This document shows positions 6,016 to 12,231 of a stretch of 12,231 bases of DNA, in pieces (the first letter of the stretch is position 1; every line of letters starts with the position of its first letter). The stretch is from Candidatus Eiseniibacteriota bacterium (lineage in GTDB: Bacteria; Eisenbacteria; RBG-16-71-46; SZUA-252), in the NCBI GenBank assembly GCA_031370645.1, contig JANMQV010000173.1:1-12231 (forward strand), written 5' to 3'. Position numbers and translations under genes: made by a program. Under the pieces are notes generated by a model. That model was given only the letters and a program-made list of their open reading frames with translations, searched no databases and was not told the origin of the DNA.

Positions 6016-8592
6016 GTGAAGTCTCTCATTCCCACTCTTCGTACCTGCCCCTTGCCCGCGCGACCGTCGCTCCTGCTCGCGTTCGCATTGCTCCTCGGAA
6101 TCGCGCTCGCACCGACCTCATCGCGTGCCGAGGCCGTCCGCGGCTCGCTCGCCGGCCGCGTTCTCGACGCTGCCACGCATGCTCCGATCGCTGATGTGCG
6201 CGTTCGACGGAGCGGCACCGGCACGCGGGAGACCGTCACCGATGCAGAGGGTCGCTTCCGCTTCGATTCTCCTCCAACCGGCGCTGTCACGCTCGAGATC
6301 GTCCGCCTGGGCTGCAAGCCGGTGACGCGGGAAGTCGCCGAGGGCGAATCGGAAGTCGAGGTGCTCCTCGAAGGGAAAACCCTAGCCGGCCCGTTGGTCG
6401 AAGTGACCACGACCCGGCCCAACGAGCGCGGCTCCGCCGTTGCCTTCACGCGCCTCGACGCCGCCCAGGTGAAGGCGAAGTACTGGGCGCAGGACGTGCC
6501 GATGCTTCTGGCCGAAACGCCCGGCGTCTATGCTTACTCCGACGCGGGGAACGGGATCGGTTACTCCTACGTGAAGGTCCGCGGTTTCAGCCAGCGGCGC
6601 GTGGCCGTGACGATCAATGGGATCCCGCTCAACGACCCGCAGTCGCACGAGGTCTATTGGGTCGATCATCCGGATCTTCTGACGAGCGCCAAGTCCCTTC
6701 AGGTGCAGCGCGGCGTCGGTAGTGCGCTCTATGGCGCGAGCGCGGTCGGGGGATCGATCAACCTCGAAACGACCGGCGGGCCGGGCGAACGCGCGCTCGT
6801 CGTAGAAACGGGCGGCGGCTCCTACGGCACGACTCGCTTCTCGCTGCACGGCGAAAGCGGGCTTCTCGACAATCGCTACGCGATAAGCGGACGTTACTCG
6901 CGCATCGTGACCGAAGGCTATCGCGAGCAGTCGTGGTCGAGCCTCTGGTCGTACGCGTTCTCGGCGTCCCGCTTCGACGAAAAGATGACGACGCGCGTGA
7001 ACCTCTACGGCGGCCCGGAAGAACTCCATCTCGCCTACTACGCCGTCGACCGACCCTACCTCGACGGCCGGATCACCGGCGACGCGAGCAAGGATCGGCG
7101 CTTCAATCCGCTCACCTGGCGGAACGAGACGGACAACTTCTTCGAGCCGCACTACGAACTCTTGAACGACTTCCGCCTGAGCGAGAAGGCGGCGCTTTCG
7201 TCCTCGATCTTCTATTTCCCCGGCCGCGGCTATTACGACGACCTCCCGTACGGACCGATCTCGCTCGCCAGCCGGCGGCTCCCGACCTTCTTCGTGAACG
7301 ACAAAACGCTCTACCCCGCGTCCTACTACGCCGACACCACGGGCGCGGGGCCGTATGAAGTCGTGGCGACCGACATGACGCAGCGCCTTTGGGCCAAGAA
7401 CAAGCACTACGGCTGGGTTCCGCGCGCGCGCGTCGCGCATGCGAAGGGAGAGATGACGGTCGGCGGCGAGTGGCGCGAGGCCGATGGACGGCGGTTCGGA
7501 GAATTGACCTGGGGCGCGGCCCTTCCGCCAGGCACCGAGCCGAATCACGTGATGTACGACTACCTGGGGCACGTGAACGTGCAATCGCTCTTCGCGCAGG
7601 AGGCGTACGACCTCCGCCCCGACGTGAAGGTGACGGGGAGTCTCCAGTGGCGCCGGACGCGCTACGCCATCGGACACGACCTTCTGAACGGCTACGACTT
7701 CAGGTTGAAGTACACGTCGCTCAACCCGCGGCTCGGCGTGAATTGGAACGTCAGCGACCCGTGGAACGTCTTCGCCTCCTACGCCCACGTGGAGTCGGAG
7801 CCGATTCTGAACGAGATCTATCGCGCCGACGACCCGACTGCGGCGCCGCTGTTCCGTATCGTCGATCCCGCGAATCACCGGTATGAAGATCCCCTCATCG
7901 ATCCGGAGAAACTGAGCGACTGGGAGGCGGGAATCGGCTACGCGAAGGGGAGCGCGCGATTTCGCGCCACCGGTTACTGGCTCGACTTCAAGGATGAGAT
8001 CGTGCCGAACGGCCAGATCGGCCCGCTCGGTGTTCCGATCACGGGGAATGCCGCGGCCTCGACGCATCAGGGAATTGAACTGGAAGGGGCGTGGAACCAT
8101 CGGTGCGGGCTCGAGGTTTCCGGCAACTTGACGCTCAGCAGGAATCGTTTCGACGACTATCGCGAATACGTCGATTCAACTACGTTCGCCGAGTACGACG
8201 GTAACACGATCGCGGGATTTCCCGCGCGTATGGCGAATCTGACCCTCGGGTATCACCGCGGCCCGGCGCGCGTCTCGCTTTCGCTCCGCGACACGGGTGT
8301 TCAGTATCTCGACAACTCCGAGGACAACCGGAAAGACCCGGCGCTCAAAACCGTCCCCGGCTACCAGCGGAAGCGGGTCGAAGCGAACACCGTCCTGAAC
8401 GGCGGATTCACGATGAATCTCGGCGGCGCGGTGGCGCGCGGGCTCGGCGCGCGCACGCTGGAACTCGACGTTCGCGGGTTCAATCTTACCGACCTCCGCT
8501 ACGAGACTGCCGGCTACGTCTACTACGAGGTGCCCTACTTCTACCCCGCGGCGGGCCGGAACGTCTTCGTGAGCCTGCGGGCGGAGTTCTAG
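6016..8592 (+). CDS. TonB-dependent outer-membrane receptor, probable thiamine receptor (Bacteroides Omr1-like plug), with an N-terminal carboxypeptidase-regulatory-like domain
   Basis: Signal peptide ending ..SSRA. GRVLDAATHAPIADVRV domain. Plug QDVPMLLAETPG..SDAGNGIGYSYVKVRGF..TINGIPLND..VYWVD..VQRGVGS..GGSINL. Barrel motifs NPRLG and NLTD..Y, and a C-terminal Phe (LRAEF). Directly downstream of the TPP riboswitch. Confidence 0.93.
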   Translation: MKSLIPTLRTCPLPARPSLLLAFALLLGIALAPTSSRAEAVRGSLAGRVLDAATHAPIADVRVRRSGTGTRETVTDAEGRFRFDSPPTGAVTLEIVRLGCKPVTREVAEGESEVEVLLEGKTLAGPLVEVTTTRPNERGSAVAFTRLDAAQVKAKYWAQDVPMLLAETPGVYAYSDAGNGIGYSYVKVRGFSQRRVAVTINGIPLNDPQSHEVYWVDHPDLLTSAKSLQVQRGVGSALYGASAVGGSINLETTGGPGERALVVETGGGSYGTTRFSLHGESGLLDNRYAISGRYSRIVTEGYREQSWSSLWSYAFSASRFDEKMTTRVNLYGGPEELHLAYYAVDRPYLDGRITGDASKDRRFNPLTWRNETDNFFEPHYELLNDFRLSEKAALSSSIFYFPGRGYYDDLPYGPISLASRRLPTFFVNDKTLYPASYYADTTGAGPYEVVATDMTQRLWAKNKHYGWVPRARVAHAKGEMTVGGEWREADGRRFGELTWGAALPPGTEPNHVMYDYLGHVNVQSLFAQEAYDLRPDVKVTGSLQWRRTRYAIGHDLLNGYDFRLKYTSLNPRLGVNWNVSDPWNVFASYAHVESEPILNEIYRADDPTAAPLFRIVDPANHRYEDPLIDPEKLSDWEAGIGYAKGSARFRATGYWLDFKDEIVPNGQIGPLGVPITGNAAASTHQGIELEGAWNHRCGLEVSGNLTLSRNRFDDYREYVDSTTFAEYDGNTIAGFPARMANLTLGYHRGPARVSLSLRDTGVQYLDNSEDNRKDPALKTVPGYQRKRVEANTVLNGGFTMNLGGAVARGLGARTLELDVRGFNLTDLRYETAGYVYYEVPYFYPAAGRNVFVSLRAEF

Positions 8593-8595
8593 GCG

Positions 8596-10014
8596 TTGAC
8601 GGGCGCGCGGCTCACGCCCATCGACCTCGCGCTCGTCGCGGCGTACGCCCTATTTCTCCTGTATCTCGGGATTCGGCTATCGCACGTCGCGAAGGGAAGC
8701 ACGGCCGATTATCTCGTCATGGGGAGACGCCTCTCGCTCCCCTCGTTCGTGGCGACGCTCGTCGCCACGTGGTACGGCGGTGTGCTCGGCGTAGGAGAGT
8801 TCTCGTTCCGTTACGGTATCTCGAACTGGATCGTCTTCGGCGTGCCGTACTACATCGGCGCGCTCCTCTTCGCGTTCTTCCTCGCGCGTCGCGCTCATCG
8901 GACGAAGTTCTACACCGTCCCCGATCTTCTCCATCACGCCTACGGTCGCCCGGCGGGGTTGACGGGCGCGATCGCCGTTCAGCTCTTCAACTCGCCCGCT
9001 CCGTATGTGCTGATGATGGGGATCCTGCTTCAAATGCTGTTCGGGTGGGAGTTCCTACCCGCGCTCATCGTCGGCACCTTTTTCTCGACGATCTACTCGC
9101 TGCGAGGCGGGCTCCGCTCGGTCGTTGCCGCGGATCGTCTTCAGTTCGTGCTCATGTTCGCGGGATTCATGATCGCGCTCCCGTTCCTCGCGATGAAGCA
9201 CGGCGGACTGCCGTTCCTCCACGCGAACCTTCCCGCCACGCACTTCGTTTGGCATGGCGGGAATAATCTTCAGTACATCTTCGTCTGGTACCTGATTGCG
9301 CTCCAGACGCTGGTGGAGCCGACGTTCTATCAGCGCGCGTTCGCCGCGAAGGACGAGGCTACCGCGCAACGCGGAGTGTTGATCTCCATCGGCTTCTGGA
9401 TTCTCTTCGACTTCCTCACGACCTTCACCGGCCTCTACGCTCGGGCGCTGATGCCCGATCTTGCCGATCCGGTGTCCGCTTATCCCCGTCTCGCGGCCGA
9501 ATTCCTCCCGCCCGTCATGCGCGGGCTTTTCTTTCTTGGACTCCTCGCGACCGTGATGTCGACCGTGGACGGCTACACGTTCATCGGCGGCGTAAATTTC
9601 GGCCGCGACTTGATCTGGCGATGGCGGCGCGAACCAGACGAGGCGAACGTAAATCGCTACGCTCAATATGGATTCGTGCTGACCGCGCTCCTCGCGTTCG
9701 GACTCGCGCTCTGGTTTCGAAGCGCGGTCGATCTCTGGCATCACGTCGGATCGATCGGGGTTCCGGCGCTCCTCTTGCCAATGCTCCTTGTTCATTCGCC
9801 ACGCTGGCGAGTCTCGTCGTGGTGGGCGACCGCGTCGATGCTTGCCGGGGGCGGTGCCGCGCTGGCGTGGATCATCCCGTCGCTCGTGGTGAAGGACGGC
9901 CCCTATCCGCTCGGTCTCGAACCGATCTACGCGGGGCTCGTGGCCAGCGCGGCGACGTGGGGGTTGGGGCTACTAGCGGCGAAAAAAGCAGGAACCAAGA
10001 AGCCGGGCCGGTGA
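8596..10014 (+). CDS. Sodium:solute symporter (SSS/SLC5 family), probable thiamine or thiamine-precursor inner-membrane importer
   Basis: About 13 TM helices. SSS motifs DYLVMGRRL, ATWYGG, YTVPDLL..YG, YSLRGGLRSVVAADRLQ, YQRAFAAKD, LLATVMSTVDG. Starts 3 nt after the TBDR stop, with GGAG 8583-8586 and a TTG start. Confidence 0.92.
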   Translation: MTGARLTPIDLALVAAYALFLLYLGIRLSHVAKGSTADYLVMGRRLSLPSFVATLVATWYGGVLGVGEFSFRYGISNWIVFGVPYYIGALLFAFFLARRAHRTKFYTVPDLLHHAYGRPAGLTGAIAVQLFNSPAPYVLMMGILLQMLFGWEFLPALIVGTFFSTIYSLRGGLRSVVAADRLQFVLMFAGFMIALPFLAMKHGGLPFLHANLPATHFVWHGGNNLQYIFVWYLIALQTLVEPTFYQRAFAAKDEATAQRGVLISIGFWILFDFLTTFTGLYARALMPDLADPVSAYPRLAAEFLPPVMRGLFFLGLLATVMSTVDGYTFIGGVNFGRDLIWRWRREPDEANVNRYAQYGFVLTALLAFGLALWFRSAVDLWHHVGSIGVPALLLPMLLVHSPRWRVSSWWATASMLAGGGAALAWIIPSLVVKDGPYPLGLEPIYAGLVASAATWGLGLLAAKKAGTKKPGR

Positions 10015-10020
10015 TCTAAG

Positions 10021-10169
10021 TAGGCAGAGAGCGGGTACCTAAGCACCCGCTTCCCAATCGGTTAGCCCGGCCAGCCTCCGGCCGGGCGGCCGTTGGGGGA
10101 CGCAGGCCCCACGAGACCGGGTCGACGTCCCGGAACCGATCGATCCACGGACCCGCAAGCCCGTGGGTA
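10021..10169. ncRNA. Candidate unassigned structured RNA element
   Basis: At least five helices within ~150 nt (see findings). I could not match it to a family I recognise. Confidence 0.55.
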
Positions 10170-10206
10170 CTCCCCGTCAGCGGTGTCTGGCGGGGAGATC
10201 CTTTTT
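10170..10206 (+). terminator. Intrinsic terminator
   Basis: CTCCCCGTCAG 10170-10180/CTGGCGGGGAG 10187-10197 (11 bp, one G-U on the + strand), followed by ATCCTTTTT. Confidence 0.75.
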
Positions 10207-10272
10207 GAGGGTTTCTTCGGGTCAGGCGTCGCCGAGGTACCGCCCGAGGCGCCGCCCCGGTATTCTCGTTCG

Positions 10273-11856
10273 GTGATCGATCCCCCCTCGAAACTCCCGT
10301 GGCGCGCGGCGATTCTCTGGGCGTTGTTGGCGCTTTCGCTCGCCGCGCTCCACGCCGCCGTGACCGTGAAGCAGATCTCGCCCTCGAGCGACCTCTGGGA
10401 CTATTCGCAGCAGGCGCGGCAGATCGCGCGGGGCGAGGGGTTCACTTCGCTCTACACGTATCCGACCCTGCTCGGTGAAGACGAATCGCCGCCCTATCCG
10501 GTGCGGTGGAGAATGCCGCTTTTCTCGTGGCGCGGGGCGCTGATGCTGCAGAGCGGCGCGTCGCTGCCCGAGGGGTTCTTCATTCTCGCGGCGATCGGGC
10601 AGGCGCTGCTCGTGGGGCTCGTGTTTCTTCTCGGGGCACACTTCCATTCGCCGCGCGCGGGAGCCGTCGCCGCGGCAGCTGCGGCTGCCTGCCCGCTCTT
10701 GCTCGACTCGTTTAATCCGGGGCTCAGCCAGGTGCCGGTCGCGGCGTTCGGACTCGTTGTTTGGTTGCTATTGCTACGAGGTAAAGGCGTCGCGACGGCG
10801 ATCGTGGCCGCGATGATCGCCGCCGCCATCTGGTACGCGCGTGCCGAGTCGATGCTCTTCGCCCCCCTCTGGATCGTCGCCGCGTGGCTCGGTGCGAGTC
10901 AGGGCGCGTTTCTTGGCGAAACGCGAAAGAACCCCCCGGCCCGCCCGTTGTTGCGTTCTCTCACCTTCACGCTCGTGTTCATCCTGCTCTGCGCGCCATG
11001 GCCGTTTCTCATCCGCGCCATGAGCGGCGATGCCTCGCCGATCCAGGGCAATCCGATGCTTCTCTACACGCCTCAATTTCCCGGGTACTCGTCATCGCGA
11101 ACCTATCTCGAGGCAATGCCCGGTTACGCCGCGTATGTATTTCACCATCCCGGCACGTTCGCGCTTCGGTGGGTGAAAGATGTGATCGGGTATCTCGTCG
11201 ATTTCGGCGCCGGGTTGGGTCCCATCGCGATTGGGCTCGCGATGGCGGGGCTCTTGATTCGCGAGGTGCAGGGCCGCTATCGCGAAGTGGGACGGGTGTG
11301 GATCTTTCTACTCGCGATCGTGCTTCAGATCGCGGCATTCGCCGCACTGCAGCGGAGCCCGAGGTTCTTGGTTCCGGTCGTGCCGCTGGCCTGTGTGGTG
11401 CTTGGCATCGCGGCCGCGCCGGCGCTCGACCGATTCTCCGGTAAGCGGATGGTGATCTTGCTCTTTGTTCTCTTGATCGGCGAGCGAGCCGCGACCGTCG
11501 GATTCGAGACCCGGGCCGCCCTGCGCCGCTATCCACCGTTGCCGACTTCGTTGGCAAGCGCGCTCCGAGTGAGGGCTTCGAATTGGCCGCCCGATCAATT
11601 GCTGCTGACCGACGTCCCCGATTGGACCGTCTGGCACCTCGATCGCCCCGCGCTCCTTCTGCCGACTTCGCGCTCGATGGCAGCGGTGATGAAGGATCAC
11701 CCCGTCGCGGCCATATTTCTCTCGCCCGACGCGCGCGCGCGAAACGTCGCGGATGGCGATTCGTTGTGGATCGAAGTATGGGACCGCGTGGAGCCGCTGG
11801 CGGGATTCCGGGGTCCGATTCCGCTGCCAGGCGGGGCGCGGCTCTACGAGCGATAG
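10273..11856 (+). CDS. GT-C fold polytopic membrane glycosyltransferase (ArnT/PMT-like, lipid-linked sugar donor)
   Basis: After TM1 comes SSDLWDYSQQARQIARGEG (DxxxY..A pattern), then RMPLF, ARAE and PRFLVPVVP (RY/FxxP), many TM helices and a soluble C-terminal domain. The computed start at 10093 runs across the terminator, so GTG 10273 is preferred. Confidence 0.8.
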   Translation: MIDPPSKLPWRAAILWALLALSLAALHAAVTVKQISPSSDLWDYSQQARQIARGEGFTSLYTYPTLLGEDESPPYPVRWRMPLFSWRGALMLQSGASLPEGFFILAAIGQALLVGLVFLLGAHFHSPRAGAVAAAAAAACPLLLDSFNPGLSQVPVAAFGLVVWLLLLRGKGVATAIVAAMIAAAIWYARAESMLFAPLWIVAAWLGASQGAFLGETRKNPPARPLLRSLTFTLVFILLCAPWPFLIRAMSGDASPIQGNPMLLYTPQFPGYSSSRTYLEAMPGYAAYVFHHPGTFALRWVKDVIGYLVDFGAGLGPIAIGLAMAGLLIREVQGRYREVGRVWIFLLAIVLQIAAFAALQRSPRFLVPVVPLACVVLGIAAAPALDRFSGKRMVILLFVLLIGERAATVGFETRAALRRYPPLPTSLASALRVRASNWPPDQLLLTDVPDWTVWHLDRPALLLPTSRSMAAVMKDHPVAAIFLSPDARARNVADGDSLWIEVWDRVEPLAGFRGPIPLPGGARLYER

Positions 11857-11902
11857 TCGCGCGGTCATCGGTCCATCGATCCCCCGTACGCATGCCCGAC
11901 TC

Positions 11903-11925
11903 TTCGAGGCGCCGCAGGCCTCGAA
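11903..11925. terminator. 8-bp inverted repeat downstream of the glycosyltransferase
   Basis: TTCGAGGC 11903-11910/GCCTCGAA 11918-11925. No U-tract, so it may be an operator or a weak terminator. Confidence 0.35.
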
Positions 11926-11944
11926 TCGGCGAGCCGAGCGGGTG

Positions 11945-11959
11945 TAGAATCCTTACAAT
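11945..11959 (+). promoter_or_regulatory. Tandem -10-like hexamers upstream of the CheB-domain gene
   Basis: TAGAAT 11945-11950 and TACAAT 11954-11959 in an AT-rich patch. No good -35. Confidence 0.45.
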
Positions 11960-11996
11960 GTTGTCCACCGAGGATTGATTCCAGGAGACACGGCCC

Positions 11997-12231
11997 ATGG
12001 GTACACCTGCATCGCGACGTAGCTCCGGCGTGAAACGGAAGCCTGCCGCTCCGTCCCTCGAAGCATCACCGGCGACGGACGGCGCCGCCGAGGGAGGAGG
12101 AGCGCCCGGCGAATTGTTCCCGATCGTCGGTATCGGCGCCTCGGCCGGGGGGCTGGAGGCGTTCACGCAGCTGCTCGGGGCTCTGCCCCCGGACACGGGC
12201 ATGGGGTTCGTGTTGGTGCAGCACCTCGATC
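11997..12231 (+). CDS. cheB: CheB methylesterase-domain protein, probably a CheB/CheR fusion; 3'-truncated and missing from the ORF track
   Basis: Manual translation: MGTPASRR...[40 protein letters not shown], containing the catalytic Ser (GASAGG) and His (VQH). RBS AGGAG 11983-11987. No N-terminal receiver domain. Confidence 0.9.
   Translation, partial: MGTPASRRSSGVKRKPAAPSLEASPATDGAAEGGGAPGELFPIVGIGASAGGLEAFTQLLGALPPDTGMGFVLVQHLD

Noticed and set aside
6382-8100. 572-aa antisense ORF, and similar antisense or overlapping ORFs at 2878-3813, 3813-4448, 9055-9795 and 11009-12202
   Set aside because: Shadows of well-supported genes in high-GC DNA, with no recognisable motifs.
1-8592. Functional link between the M16 peptidase and the TBDR (PqqL/FusC-type protein import)
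   Set aside because: They are separated by four genes on mixed strands, and the receptor is TPP-riboswitch controlled and thiamine-receptor-like.
8590-8598. TBDR amber stop in frame with the SSS gene (TAG GCG TTG), suggesting read-through or pyrrolysine fusion
   Set aside because: The receptor ends in the canonical beta-barrel C-terminal Phe, the SSS gene has its own GGAG and TTG, and an OM-barrel/IM-transporter fusion is topologically implausible.
10021-10206. Assignment of the structured element to known families (c-di-GMP-I GGGACGCA, HDV-like CCAGCCTCC, raiA CGATCCACG, FMN CCGGAACCGA, yybP-ykoY GGGGAGTA on the minus strand, guanidine-I, SRP)
   Set aside because: Only isolated short words match. 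The order and surrounding conserved cores do not fit by eye, so it is left unassigned pending cmscan.
10093-10272. N-terminal 60 codons of the 587-aa ORF
   Set aside because: They overlap a structured RNA and terminator, are low-complexity and have no RBS. GTG 10273 fits better.

Overview
High-GC bacterial window, probably from a diderm since it encodes a TonB-dependent receptor. In order: a 5'-truncated two-unit M16 (pitrilysin-like) peptidase (+), a small Gly-rich membrane protein (-), an orphan PAS-GAF histidine kinase (+), thiamine pyrophosphokinase thiN (-), a membrane-anchored FN3-like protein (+), a clear TPP riboswitch leading a TonB-dependent receptor and a sodium:solute symporter (+; probable thiamine uptake/salvage module), a ~185-nt highly structured intergenic element ending in a terminator, a GT-C (ArnT/PMT-like) membrane glycosyltransferase (+), and the 5' start of a CheB-domain gene (+). 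The most unusual signals are the unassigned structured RNA at 10021-10206 with mutually exclusive folds, a possible decayed second TPP-aptamer copy at 5326-5377, and the TBDR+SSS+thiN architecture. All RNA pairings were worked out by eye, and no database searches were run.
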